Notes: generated by a model from the letters alone, not told the origin. Counted from the first letter of the stretch, positions 47,409 to 57,132 are shown. The stretch is 64,000 nucleotides of DNA from an uncultured Beijerinckia sp. (GCA_964645525.1 CAZYBF010000003.1:141-64140); one strand, 5' to 3'. Numbers and translations: made by a program.

Positions 47409-48764
47409 TCAGCCGAGCAGCCGCTTGCGCCCGCTCTTGCCGACGCTTTTGCCGGCGCCCTTGCCCGCGCTTTTGCCCGCCCCCGCGCCCGCGTCGCGCG
47501 AAAAGGCGGCGACGAGCTCCACATGGGCCGAATGGCGAAACTGGTCGACGGGGACCACGCGCTCCAGCGCATACCCGCCATCGATGAGGATGCGCGCGTC
47601 GCGCGCGAACGTCTGCGGATTGCAGGAGACGGCGATCACGCGGGGCGCGCGGCTTGCCGCGAGCTCGCGCGCCTGCGCCTCCGCGCCTGCGCGCGGCGGG
47701 TCGAACAGGGCGACGTCATAGGGCGCGAGTTCGGCGGCGGTGAAGGGGCGGCGAAACAGATCGCGCGTCTGCGTGGCGATGGGCTTGAGCGCCGGCCCCG
47801 CATCGCCGCTCGCGCGGGCGAGCGCGGCGAGCGCGGCCTTGTCCGCCTCGACGGCCTCGACGGTCGCGCGCTCCGCCAGCCGCAAAGCGAACGTGCCCAC
47901 GCCCGCGAACAGATCGACCGCCCGGCGCGCGGCGCCCGCCATGTCGAGCGCGATGCGCGCCAGCGCCTCTTCGCCAGCCGCCGTCGCCTGCAGAAAGGCG
48001 CCCGGCGGGGGAACGAGCGTGGCGCGGCCCATGCGCAGAAGCGGCGCGCGCCGCTCCAGCAGCGTGCGGCCATGGTTGGAGATGCGCGCGAGGTCGAGCC
48101 GCTCGGCCTCCGCAAGCGCCGCCCGCAGCGGCGCCTCCGCCAACTCGCCGCAACCGCGCAGATCCACGTCGAGCCCGCTCAGGCTCGCGGTGACGAGAAT
48201 GTCGAGCGGCTTGCCGAGAGAGGCGAGCGTGCGCGCAAGGGCGCGCGCGGCCTGCGGCGCGCCGGCGAGTTCGGGCGCGAGGATCGGGCAGGCGTCGATC
48301 TCCACGATCTCGTGGGCGCGCGCCTTCATGAAGCCCGCCTCCACCCGCACGCGGCCCAGCGCGTCGCGCGGCGCGCGCGCGTGGAACGTGGCGCGCCGGC
48401 GCCCCTCCCCATGCGCGTCCACGAGCGGTTCGACCAGCGCGTCGACGTCCGCCGCGATGCGCGCATGGCGCAGCGCCTGCACGACGAGATCGCGCTTCCA
48501 GGCGCGGTAAGGCTCCTCGCGCAGGGTCTGCACCGCGCATCCCCCGCACACGCCGAAATACGCGCAAAAGGCGGGCGTGCGGTCAGGCGAGGGCTCGAGG
48601 ATTTCGATCAGCCGCCCGCGTTCGCCCTCCACCTCGACCAGCGCCAGGTCGCCGGGGATCGCATAAGGCGTGAACACAAGGCCATTGGGCCCGCGCGCAA
48701 CGCCCTCCCCGCGCTGACCGAGCTTTTCGATCACGAGCCGTTCGCCTCTCAAAAAGCCGCTCAT
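47409..48764 (-). CDS. RlmD/TrmA-family RNA (uracil-5)-methyltransferase
   Basis: C..F..CGGC, FLQA, DLFAGVGTF, DPPRAG, VSCNP, DQF.HS.HVE. Confidence 0.92.
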   Translation of the reverse strand: MSGFLRGERLVIEKLGQRGEGVARGPNGLVFTPYAIPGDLALVEVEGERGRLIEILEPSPDRTPAFCAYFGVCGGCAVQTLREEPYRAWKRDLVVQALRHARIAADVDALVEPLVDAHGEGRRRATFHARAPRDALGRVRVEAGFMKARAHEIVEIDACPILAPELAGAPQAARALARTLASLGKPLDILVTASLSGLDVDLRGCGELAEAPLRAALAEAERLDLARISNHGRTLLERRAPLLRMGRATLVPPPGAFLQATAAGEEALARIALDMAGAARRAVDLFAGVGTFALRLAERATVEAVEADKAALAALARASGDAGPALKPIATQTRDLFRRPFTAAELAPYDVALFDPPRAGAEAQARELAASRAPRVIAVSCNPQTFARDARILIDGGYALERVVPVDQFRHSAHVELVAAFSRDAGAGAGKSAGKGAGKSVGKSGRKRLLG

Positions 48765-49537
48765 GAAGCCTCCATGCGCGCGGCGCCCAGCAGGAATTCG
48801 CGATTGCCGTCGCCGCCCTCGATGGGCGAAGGCTCAACGCCCAGCACGCGCCAGCCAAGCGTGCGCACGAGATCGGCGATTTCCGCGCACACGCGCGCAT
48901 GCACGGCGGGATCGCGCACGATTCCGTTTTTCACATGCGCGCGGCCCGCCTCGAACTGCGGCTTCACGAGCGCCACGAGGCGCGCATCCGGCGCCGCGAG
49001 CCCCAGCGCATGGGGCAGGACGAGCTTCAGCGAGATGAAGCTCAGGTCGCTCGCCACGATCTGCGGCGCGCGCTCCAGATGCGCGCCGGTGAGCGCGCGC
49101 GCGTCGAGCCCCTCCATGGAGACGATGCGCGGATCCGCCCGCAGGCTCGCATGCAATTGCCCGTGGCCCACGTCCACCGCATAGACGCGCGCCGCGCCGC
49201 GGGAGAGCAGCACCTGCGTGAAGCCGCCGGTGGAGGCGCCGAGATCGAGACAGGTCGCCCCGCCCGGATCGAAGCCGAAAGCGTCGAGCCCGGCCGCAAG
49301 CTTCATCCCCGCGCGCGACACCCAGGGGTGGGGCGCCTGCGCCTCGATCCGCGCGCCCGGCGCCGCCATCTCGGAAGGCTTGCGCACGAGCCGTCCGTCG
49401 AGACGCACAAGGCCGGCCTCGATCGCCTCGCGGGCGCGGGCGCGGCTTTCGAAATGGCCGCGGGCGACGAGCGCCAGGTCGATCCGCTGGGGCTCGGCCG
49501 CAGGCGCGCGCGCGTCAGGTTGGGGAGCGTGGCTCAT
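48761..49537 (-). CDS. tlyA: TlyA family rRNA 2'-O-methyltransferase
   Basis: S4 domain, VSRAGMKL, LDLGASTGGFT, VDVGHGQL, DLSFISL, LVKPQFE, GNREF; ATG at 49537. Confidence 0.95.
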   Translation of the reverse strand: MSHAPQPDARAPAAEPQRIDLALVARGHFESRARAREAIEAGLVRLDGRLVRKPSEMAAPGARIEAQAPHPWVSRAGMKLAAGLDAFGFDPGGATCLDLGASTGGFTQVLLSRGAARVYAVDVGHGQLHASLRADPRIVSMEGLDARALTGAHLERAPQIVASDLSFISLKLVLPHALGLAAPDARLVALVKPQFEAGRAHVKNGIVRDPAVHARVCAEIADLVRTLGWRVLGVEPSPIEGGDGNREFLLGAARMEAS

Positions 49538-49652
49538 GCGCAGGGCGTGCCTGCTCGCAGGCCGGGTGTAAAGCTCAATTTGCCTTCCGCCCGCCCATGG
49601 GGCAAACCCCCGGGCCAGCGCAGGCCCGCCCGGCGCATTTCCCGAGGACGCC

Positions 49653-51233
49653 ATGCCCGAACCAGATCCCGTCAGCCGGCGGCGCACATTCGCCATCATC
49701 TCGCACCCCGACGCGGGCAAGACGACGCTCACCGAAAAGCTTCTGCTGTTCGGCGGGGCGATCCAGCTCGCCGGCGAGGTGCGCGCGAAGGCGAACCGGC
49801 GCCAGACCCGCTCGGACTGGATGGGCATCGAGCGCGAGCGCGGCATTTCCGTCGTCACCTCGGTGATGACCTTCGAATACGGCGGCCATGTCTTCAACCT
49901 GCTCGACACGCCGGGCCACGAGGACTTTTCGGAAGACACCTACCGCACCCTGACCGCAGTCGATTCCGCCGTGATGGTGATCGACGCGGCCAAGGGCATC
50001 GAGGCGCGCACGCGCAAATTGTTCGAGGTCTGCCGCCTGCGCGACATCCCCATCGTCACCTTCGTGAACAAGATGGACCGCGAGACGCGCGACCCCTTCG
50101 AACTGATCGACGAGATCGAAAGCACGCTCGCCCTCGATGTCGCGCCGATGACCTGGCCCATCGGCGGCGGCAAGAATTTCGCCGGCACCTACGACATCCT
50201 CAACTCCACCGTGCGACGCATCGACCGCGACGAGGAGCCCTACAAGGTCAACGGGCCCTCCGACCCCGCTGTGGCGGGCCTCTTGCCCGAACATGAGCGC
50301 GCCGCCTTCGGCGAGGAGATCGGGCTTGCGGTCGACGCATTGAAGCCCTTCGACCGGCAGGCCTTTGTGGAAGGCCATCTCACGCCGCTCTACTGGGGCT
50401 CCGCGCTGCGCACCTTCGGCGTGCGCGACCTGATCGACGCGCTGGGCGCCTATGCGCCCCCGCCCCGCGCGCAGGCCTCCGCCCAGCGCATGGTGGACGC
50501 CCGCGAACCGAAGATGACCGGCTTCGTGTTCAAGATTCAGGCGAACATGGACCCCAACCACCGCGACCGCATCGCCTTCATGCGCGTGTGTTCGGGCCGG
50601 CTCACTCGCGGCATGAAGGCCAAACTGGTGCGCACCGGCAAGACGATGGCGATCACCGCGCCGCAATTCTTCTTCGCGCAGGAGCGCGCCATCGCCGACG
50701 AGGCCTGGGCCGGCGACGTAGTGGGCATTCCCAACCACGGCACGCTGCGCATCGGCGACACGCTGACCGAGGGCGAGCAGATCGTCTTTCGCGGCGTGCC
50801 GAGCTTCGCCCCGGAAATCCTGCGCCGCGTGAAGCTGAACGACGCCATGAAGGCCAAGAAACTGCGCGAAGCCTTGCAGCAGATGGCCGAGGAAGGCGTG
50901 GTGCAGACCTTCATTCCCAACGACGGCTCCGGCGCCATCGTCGGCGTGGTGGGCGCGCTCCAGCTCGACGTGCTGCAGGAGCGCCTGCAGGCGGAATACG
51001 GCCTGCCGGTCTCCTTCGAGCAGAGCCGTTTCGAGCTCGCGCGCTGGATCTCAAGCGAGGACAAGGCGGAACTGGAGAAATTCACCCGCGCTTATCCCGC
51101 CTCCATCGCCGCCGATCTCGACGAGGCGCCCGTCTTCATGGCGCAATCAGCGTGGGCGTTGAAATACGAACAGGAGAAATGGCCGCAGATCGTCTTCTCC
51201 GACGTGAAGGACTATCAGAAGAAAGCGGATTGA
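49653..51233 (+). CDS. prfC: Peptide chain release factor 3
   Basis: RRRTFAIISHPDAGKTTLTEKLL, DTPGHEDFSEDTYR, FKIQANMDPNHRDR. Confidence 0.99.
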   Translation: MPEPDPVSRRRTFAIISHPDAGKTTLTEKLLLFGGAIQLAGEVRAKANRRQTRSDWMGIERERGISVVTSVMTFEYGGHVFNLLDTPGHEDFSEDTYRTLTAVDSAVMVIDAAKGIEARTRKLFEVCRLRDIPIVTFVNKMDRETRDPFELIDEIESTLALDVAPMTWPIGGGKNFAGTYDILNSTVRRIDRDEEPYKVNGPSDPAVAGLLPEHERAAFGEEIGLAVDALKPFDRQAFVEGHLTPLYWGSALRTFGVRDLIDALGAYAPPPRAQASAQRMVDAREPKMTGFVFKIQANMDPNHRDRIAFMRVCSGRLTRGMKAKLVRTGKTMAITAPQFFFAQERAIADEAWAGDVVGIPNHGTLRIGDTLTEGEQIVFRGVPSFAPEILRRVKLNDAMKAKKLREALQQMAEEGVVQTFIPNDGSGAIVGVVGALQLDVLQERLQAEYGLPVSFEQSRFELARWISSEDKAELEKFTRAYPASIAADLDEAPVFMAQSAWALKYEQEKWPQIVFSDVKDYQKKAD

Positions 51234-51315
51234 AACGGCGCCGCTTGTGAACACTTGACCCTCGGCGCGCGTCCGCGCATCGTCGCTCGTCTCCACGACG
51301 ACGCAGGAGCGCGAC

Positions 51316-51774
51316 ATGGCGATGGGCACGATGCGGACGGATCTGGCTCTGGCGGGCGCCATCGCGGCGGCTGCGGCTCTCTGGAGCGACGCCTCGCTGG
51401 CGCGCCCGCTCACGCCGGCCGAACAGCGCCACCACGCCTATTCGGGCTGGTTGCCCGCGTGCCATGACCCCGCGGTGCTCGACAAGATCGCCGCGCGCTT
51501 CCATCAGCGCGAACGCGCCTATTGGAGCTCGGGCCTTCAGGTGGTCGCCTTCGAGGGCGTGCGCGAGACGGGGCTGCGCAGCGCGGGGCTTGATTACATT
51601 CCCCGCCGCCAGTGCGAGGCGGCGGCTGTGATGAACGACGGCAAGGCCCGCAGGGCCGTCTATGTCGTGGGCGAGAAACTGGGCGTGATCGGCTGGGGCT
51701 GGGGGGTGGAATGGTGCATCACGGGACTCGACCGCAATCTGGCGTGGGGCGCGGATTGCCGATCAGGGCGCTGA
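51316..51774 (+). CDS. Conserved exported hypothetical protein
   Basis: AGGAG RBS, signal peptide, four Cys (LPAC, RRQC, VEWC, DC); TTGACC-N17-CATCGT upstream. Confidence 0.75.
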   Translation: MAMGTMRTDLALAGAIAAAAALWSDASLARPLTPAEQRHHAYSGWLPACHDPAVLDKIAARFHQRERAYWSSGLQVVAFEGVRETGLRSAGLDYIPRRQCEAAAVMNDGKARRAVYVVGEKLGVIGWGWGVEWCITGLDRNLAWGADCRSGR

Positions 51775-52397
51775 GCGCGATCGCCGCGCTGCTTCTCTCC
51801 AGCGTCGGCGCGCTGGCGCAAAACCGCAGCGGCGATTTCGATTTCTACGTGCTCGCGCTTTCATGGTCGTCGAGCTTCTGCGCGCTCGAAGGCGCGCAGA
51901 AAGGCCGCGAGCAATGCGCGCCGGGCGCCGGCCACGGCTTCGTCCTGCACGGCCTGTGGCCGCAATACGAGCGCGGCTATCCAAGTTTCTGCGACGCCAA
52001 CCGCACGCCTCCGCGCGCCGCCCTCGATCAGGCGCGCGACATCTTCCCCTCCGAGGGGCTCGCCCGCCACCAATGGCGCAAGCATGGAAGCTGCGCGGGC
52101 CGCTCGCCGTCGGAATATTTCGCCGACGCCCGCCGCGCGCGCGAGATGGTGACGATTCCCGAGGAGCTCAAGGCGCCCCGGCAGGCCCGCGCTTTCGAAC
52201 CCCTGGAGGTGCAGCGCGCCTTCATCGCGGCCAACCGCGGCCTGCGCCCGGGCATGATGGCCGTCACCTGCCAGCGCGGCCTGCTTGAGGAAGTGCGCGT
52301 GTGCATGAGCAAGGATCTGCGCGAGTTCCGCCCCTGCCCGGACGTCGTGCGCCAATCCTGCCGGGCGCGCGAGATCACCGCGCCGCCGGTTCTCTAG
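51756..52397 (+). CDS. Ribonuclease T2 family, exported
   Basis: YVLALSWS, VLHGLWP (CAS I), HQWRKHGSC (CAS II); start uncertain (TTG 51756 or GTG 51744). Confidence 0.93.
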   Translation: MPIRALSAIAALLLSSVGALAQNRSGDFDFYVLALSWSSSFCALEGAQKGREQCAPGAGHGFVLHGLWPQYERGYPSFCDANRTPPRAALDQARDIFPSEGLARHQWRKHGSCAGRSPSEYFADARRAREMVTIPEELKAPRQARAFEPLEVQRAFIAANRGLRPGMMAVTCQRGLLEEVRVCMSKDLREFRPCPDVVRQSCRAREITAPPVL

Positions 52398-52412
52398 AGC
52401 GCGCACGAAAGC

Positions 52413-52446
52413 CATGAAACACCTGTCATGAAAAACCTGTCATGAA
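52413..52446. repeat. 14-bp tandem repeat over the rlmJ start codon
   Basis: CATGAAACACCTGT, CATGAAAAACCTGT, CATGAA. Confidence 0.9.
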
Positions 52447-53281
52447 TTATCGTCACGCGTTTCATGCGGGCAATTTCGCCGACGTGTTCAAGCATCTCCT
52501 GCTGGCGCGCATCCTCGCCTACATGACGCTCAAGGACGCGCCGCTGCGCTACGTCGACACCCATGCGGGGATCGGCCGCTACGATCTTGCCGGCGAGGAG
52601 GCGCAGCGCACGCTGGAATGGCGCGAGGGCGTCGGGCGCATTCCGCTGCGCGACCTTCCCGGCCCGCTCGCGGAGCTTGTCGCGCCCTGGTTCCACGCGC
52701 TGGGGGAACGCGACGCGCAGGGCCGACCCGCCTCCTACCCCGGCTCGCCCGCGCTCGCGCAGGCGCTTCTGCGCCCACAGGACAAGCTCATCCTGTGCGA
52801 ATTGCATCCGCAGGACTTTCGCGCCCTGCGCGCCAATATGGGCCGGGACGGCCGCGTGAAATGCATCGAGATCGACGGCTATACGGGCCTGCGCGCCTTT
52901 GTGCCGCCGCCTGAGCGGCGCGGGCTTGTCGTCATCGATCCGCCCTTCGAGGCGACGGACGAATTCGACCGCATGGCGCAGGCCTTTCTCGACGCCTGGC
53001 GCAAATGGCCCACCGGCGTCTATGCGCTCTGGCATCCGGTGAAGGACGAGCGCGCGGCGAACGCCTTTTACAAAAACCTGCGCGCGGCGGGCGTCGACAA
53101 ACTGTTGCGGCTGGAATTGCGGCTCGCGCCCCCGTCAGCCGAAGGCCGGCTTGCGGGCACGGGGCTCGCCGTCGTCAATCCGCCCCACGTGCTGGCGCAG
53201 GAAGCGCGCGCGCTGCTGCCATGGCTTGCAAGCCGCATGGGCGGGCCGCAGGCGAGCGTGCGCATCGACGAGAGCGCGTGA
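52442..53281 (+). CDS. rlmJ: 23S rRNA (adenine2030-N6)-methyltransferase
   Basis: MNYRHAFHAGNFADVFKH, DTHAG, YPGSP, ELHP, IDPPFE, VVNPP. Confidence 0.97.
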   Translation: MNYRHAFHAGNFADVFKHLLLARILAYMTLKDAPLRYVDTHAGIGRYDLAGEEAQRTLEWREGVGRIPLRDLPGPLAELVAPWFHALGERDAQGRPASYPGSPALAQALLRPQDKLILCELHPQDFRALRANMGRDGRVKCIEIDGYTGLRAFVPPPERRGLVVIDPPFEATDEFDRMAQAFLDAWRKWPTGVYALWHPVKDERAANAFYKNLRAAGVDKLLRLELRLAPPSAEGRLAGTGLAVVNPPHVLAQEARALLPWLASRMGGPQASVRIDESA

Positions 53282-53293
53282 GGCGGACGCGCC

Positions 53294-53332
53294 AAAGAAA
53301 AGGGGCCCGCAGGCGGCGGCCTGCGGACCCCT
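53294..53332 (-). terminator. Intrinsic terminator of the outer-membrane protein gene
   Basis: AGGGGCCCGCAGGC/GCCTGCGGACCCCT stem with an adjacent A-tract (U-tract on the minus strand). Confidence 0.75.
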
Positions 53333-53351
53333 CTCCCTGCCTTGTTCAGGA

Positions 53352-54056
53352 TCAGAAGCGGTAGTTGGCGCCCATGCGCACCAGCGAGATCGAAGGATCG
53401 ATCTTGGTGGCGTAGCTGCTCGGGAACAGCGCCTTCTCGGCGAGGTTGACGTAGAGATATTCGCCCTTCAGCGACACCTTGTTCGTCACGGCGTATTCGA
53501 GGCCCGCGCCCAGCGTCCAGCCATGACGGAAACCGTCAATGGCGCCAGAGCTCGCCGGAACGACAGGCTGAGCGCTGCCGGGGTTGGAATAGGTCGTCTC
53601 GATGCTGGCGCCCGCATAGCCGGCGGTCACATAGAGCAGCGCGCGGTCCAGCGCATAGCCGGCGCGACCGCGAACGGTCCAAAGCCAGCCCATGTCCATG
53701 CCATAGGTCGTATAGGGCGCAGCCGAACCGACGACCTTGGAGGTGTCGATCTTCGTCCAGCTGAGGTCGCCCTCGACGCCGACGACGATGCTGTTCGCAA
53801 GCTGGTGGTTGTAGCCCAGCGTCGCGCCGAAGGCGTAGCCGCTCGGCTTGCCGAAAGACGCATCGCCGAGATCGCCGAGGCCGGCCGACGCATAGCCGCC
53901 CGTGACGCCGGCGTAGAAGCCCGTCCAGGTGAACAGCGAAGGCTGCGCATAGACAGGCTGGGGAAAGGCCGAAGGCGTGCGGCGCGGAAGGTCCGCCGCC
54001 ATGGCGGTGGAAACGAACAGGGCCGGCGCGAGCGCCGGAAGAAGCAATTTACGCAT
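53352..54056 (-). CDS. Omp25/Omp31/RopB-family outer membrane beta-barrel protein
   Basis: Signal ending AMA|ADLP, FTWTGFYAG, TVRGRAGYA, GWTLGAGLEYA, C-terminal NYRF. Confidence 0.94.
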   Translation of the reverse strand: MRKLLLPALAPALFVSTAMAADLPRRTPSAFPQPVYAQPSLFTWTGFYAGVTGGYASAGLGDLGDASFGKPSGYAFGATLGYNHQLANSIVVGVEGDLSWTKIDTSKVVGSAAPYTTYGMDMGWLWTVRGRAGYALDRALLYVTAGYAGASIETTYSNPGSAQPVVPASSGAIDGFRHGWTLGAGLEYAVTNKVSLKGEYLYVNLAEKALFPSSYATKIDPSISLVRMGANYRF

Positions 54057-54242
54057 GACTCAAACTCCACACGGAACGGGCCCAATCAACGCGGCCGCCC
54101 ATGGCTAACGAATAGCCGCCAAAGGTAACCGAATTGGAACTTCCGCTTTCATCTTCGCGCAAGGAATGCGGCGTCCCTGTGTCGAGCGAAGTCGAATTGC
54201 TTTCTTCGCGTTCACCTTTCCCCGCGCGCAAGAAGATCGTGG

Positions 54243-54257
54243 TTAAACAGGCGTGAA
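54243..54257. promoter_or_regulatory. Possible CtrA box
   Basis: TTAA-ACAGGCG-TGAA, one mismatch to TTAA-N7-TTAA; another TTAA nearby. Confidence 0.45.
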
Positions 54258-54357
54258 TAGCGGCCGCGCGCTTGCATCAGTCTGGTTAATCCTTGCTTGC
54301 GGCGCAGGTGTTTGCTTGCGGGCGGCTCCCGCGTCTATTGTGGGCGAGGCCAGATGG

Positions 54358-54849
54358 ATGACGAGAATGGATGACCCCGGCGCGCCGCGCCTTGAGATCG
54401 CAGACGCGCCAATGCGCGACATGATGCGCGAGATTCTTTTGCGCGAGACCGCGCAGGGTCGCGCGCGTGCGCGCCTGCTCGTGATCGACGCCGCCGCGCA
54501 GACGGATGGGGAGACGGGCGCGCAGACCAGCCCGGCGCTCAGTTTGAGCGCGCAGGCGCTCGCGCGCGCGCAAGCTTTCGCCGCACAAGCTCTCGCCGCG
54601 CAATCAGGCGCGAAGCAGGATGACGTCTGCATCGTTCTGGTGGCGGGACCCGCCGGGCCGGACAAGGACGCCCTCGCCGGCCTCGTGCGCGCTCTGGCCC
54701 GCGCGCTGGCGCCCGCGCGCGTCAATGCGCTTGCGCCCCTTGTGGCGGGCGCGCGCCTCGACCCTGCGCAGGCGGCGCAGGCGCTCGCTTATCTCGCGGG
54801 CGCCCCGGTCGTCACAGGACAGACGATGGAGATCGGCGCGCCGCGCTGA
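54358..54849 (+). CDS. Degenerate SDR-like (Rossmann-fold remnant) protein
   Basis: C-terminal ALAPARVNALAP...YLAGAPVVTGQTMEI matches SDR C-termini; no GxxxGxG or YxxxK. Start uncertain. Confidence 0.55.
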   Translation: MTRMDDPGAPRLEIADAPMRDMMREILLRETAQGRARARLLVIDAAAQTDGETGAQTSPALSLSAQALARAQAFAAQALAAQSGAKQDDVCIVLVAGPAGPDKDALAGLVRALARALAPARVNALAPLVAGARLDPAQAAQALAYLAGAPVVTGQTMEIGAPR

Positions 54850-54862
54850 GCGCGCATCGCGC

Positions 54863-55123
54863 TCAGTCCGCGCTGGGCAGACGACGGATCGTGAATTCGA
54901 TGATGTCGTCGTCGAGTTCGCGCCAGAACTCGATCTCCGTCATATAGGCGGCTTTCGGGAAACGCTCGAACCATTCGCGCGCCTTGTCGCGCGCGGCCTC
55001 GCGCGGCAGGCGGAAGCTCTCGCGCCGCCACGATCCGCCCTCGCCCATGCGCAGGCGCTTTCCCCTGTCCGCCATCCGACGAACGACGTCGCGGGGGGAT
55101 TTGTTCTTGCCGGCGGCACTCAT
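54863..55123 (-). CDS. Small conserved hypothetical protein
   Basis: GGAG RBS; RESFRLPREAARDKAREWFERFPKAAYMTEIE.W...IEFTIRRLPSAD; GC-typical codon use. Confidence 0.75.
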   Translation of the reverse strand: MSAAGKNKSPRDVVRRMADRGKRLRMGEGGSWRRESFRLPREAARDKAREWFERFPKAAYMTEIEFWRELDDDIIEFTIRRLPSAD

Positions 55124-55207
55124 ACGCAACTCCCGATCAGCGCCCCCACCTTACGGCGCCAAGCGGAGCATTGCGAGTCGAAGCGTCGCCGCGCAGGCCC
55201 CCGCGGC

Positions 55208-55699
55208 TCAGATCGGGATCACCATGAGCGTGTCGATCTGGCGGGAATCCAGCGCCACAAGCCGCTGGCGAAAGCGCAGGACGCCCTGTTCCTCAACGAT
55301 CTCATCGAATGTGCGCCCGCAGGCGAAGACCGACATGTCCCCGCCGTTAACCGTACGCAGAATTGAGAAATTGCTGCGGGCGCGGATCGTTCCCTTCCCG
55401 TTCTCCAGAACGCGGACGGCGCTCACCGCATGATTATAGACATGCGGCTCGTAGATATTGGCCGTGCGCATGGCCGCGATGCGATCCTCCATCATGCCGC
55501 GCCCGTCGCAATAGATGAGGCTGAGGGGCAAGCCGAGGTCGAGGTTTTCGCGCGTGACGACCCGATAGACGCCCTGCGCGGTGAAGAAGCCGGGCCAGTC
55601 CTCAAGCCGATCGTCATCAATGGCGTGCGCATAATCAGCGTAGAGATCGGCCACGCGCAGGCGCAAGGCGATGTCGGCGTCCATCAGAGCTGCGGTCAT
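55208..55699 (-). CDS. Aromatic ring-hydroxylating oxygenase beta subunit
   Basis: YAHAIDDDRLEDWPGFF, MMEDRI, LDSRQIDTLMVIPI. Confidence 0.93.
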   Translation of the reverse strand: MTAALMDADIALRLRVADLYADYAHAIDDDRLEDWPGFFTAQGVYRVVTRENLDLGLPLSLIYCDGRGMMEDRIAAMRTANIYEPHVYNHAVSAVRVLENGKGTIRARSNFSILRTVNGGDMSVFACGRTFDEIVEEQGVLRFRQRLVALDSRQIDTLMVIPI

Positions 55700-55711
55700 G
55701 TCGTCGCCTCC

Positions 55712-56953
55712 TCAAACGCCCATCAGGCTGCGCCAGGCTCGCCAGAAGCCGCGCACCGCCGCCTCGGTGACGCGCGAACCCTCGCTCGCCTCCACGCCGC
55801 GCCCGCCCATGGGCATGACGGTGGCCGCATGCGGATCGGCTTTCGCCGCCTGCTGCACCCATCCGCCCACGCAGCCGTCCTCCATGGAGATGAGGCCGGC
55901 GGGGCCGACGAGATTGTTCACCTTGAGACGCAGCTCCTGCATCTGCGCGTCGTCGTCCTCAAATCCGAGCACGGTCCACACGAGCTCCGTGCGGTCCACG
56001 CCCTTGGGAACGATCTGGCGCACCGCCAGCGCATTGAGGATCTGCTGCACGACGAGCGAGGGAAACACGGTCTGGATCGCGTTCGTGGTGAGGTCCCCCA
56101 GTTCGAGCTTGTGCTCCATCATGCGCGCGTCGTTGAGCTTGTAGGAATCCTTCAGCGAACGCACTTTCTCGCGGCCCACGGCGTCGTTGGAATCCGCGTT
56201 GCGCACCGTGTAGCTGAGATGATGCCAGCCGCTGGGGGAAATCTTCACGCCGCCGCCCATATTGGGGCGCACGACGCCGAACGTGTTGTGGAACACGTGC
56301 AGCAGGCTCGCGTGATAGGAGTCCTTGTTGTTCTCCGCGTAGAGCTTCCAATTGTTGGGAAGGATCTGCGAATGATAGCCGAGCACCTTGAGCGGCTTCA
56401 CGAACACGCGGTCGATATTGGCGCACAATTCCGCGCCGATGTAGTCGCGAAAGGCCGGCGTCTCCTGCGAGAACGTGCCGAAGATCATCTGCCCGTAGAT
56501 CTCCACGCGCAGCCGTTCGAGCCCATGGGCCGAGAGATCGAAATCCGCGTCCAGCCCGCCCTTGCCGCCCACGCCCTTGCGGAAGGCCACGCCCGTGAGC
56601 CCGCCTTTCAGGTCATAGGTCCAGTTGTGGTAGACGCAGTTGAACTCCTGCACATTGCCGCGCTGCTTGTAGCAGACAAGCGCGCCCTTGTGCGCGCAGC
56701 GGTTCACGAGCGCGCTCACCGTGCCGTCCTGCGCGCGCGCGACGATGATGGGCGTGTCGCCCACGAAGGTCGTCTTGTAGTCGCCGGGCTTGGGGATTTC
56801 GCACTCGAGGCAGAGGAAGTTCCACACCGGCCCGCGGAACACGCGCTCCTGCTCGCGCGCGTAGATTTCAGCGTCGGTGTAGACCTGGAACGGAGCGCGC
56901 GACACGTCCTCGAAAGGCCAGACGAATGGGGCGGCGGCTTCCTGCGTCTGCAC
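55712..56953 (-). CDS. Aromatic ring-hydroxylating oxygenase alpha subunit (salicylate/anthranilate/terephthalate group)
   Basis: NRCAHKG...CVYHNW Rieske motif, NWKLYAEN.KDSYHASLLH Fe site, GPAGLISMEDG; GTG start inferred at 56953. Confidence 0.93.
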   Translation of the reverse strand: MQTQEAAAPFVWPFEDVSRAPFQVYTDAEIYAREQERVFRGPVWNFLCLECEIPKPGDYKTTFVGDTPIIVARAQDGTVSALVNRCAHKGALVCYKQRGNVQEFNCVYHNWTYDLKGGLTGVAFRKGVGGKGGLDADFDLSAHGLERLRVEIYGQMIFGTFSQETPAFRDYIGAELCANIDRVFVKPLKVLGYHSQILPNNWKLYAENNKDSYHASLLHVFHNTFGVVRPNMGGGVKISPSGWHHLSYTVRNADSNDAVGREKVRSLKDSYKLNDARMMEHKLELGDLTTNAIQTVFPSLVVQQILNALAVRQIVPKGVDRTELVWTVLGFEDDDAQMQELRLKVNNLVGPAGLISMEDGCVGGWVQQAAKADPHAATVMPMGGRGVEASEGSRVTEAAVRGFWRAWRSLMGV

Positions 56954-57031
56954 GTTTCTCTCCCTTGATCGTTTCGCGCGGCGTGCGCATGCGCTGCGAC
57001 GCCTGAACATAACGCGTCCAGGACGCGCGCC

Positions 57032-57132
57032 AAAGAAAAACCCGACCGATCGCTCGGCCGGGTTTCCGCTTCCTGGACGACGTCGCGCCGCAAGCCCCCC
57101 AGCACGCGGGCCACAGGCCGTCCAATGTCAGC
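57032..57132 (-). ncRNA. Candidate ~100-nt structured RNA (sRNA or leader) ending in an intrinsic terminator
   Basis: Minus strand: TGGACT-N17-TTATCT promoter (57167-57139), hairpin TGGACGGC...GTCGTCCA, terminator AAACCCGGCCGA-GCGA-TCGGTCGGGTTTTTCTTT. Confidence 0.45.
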
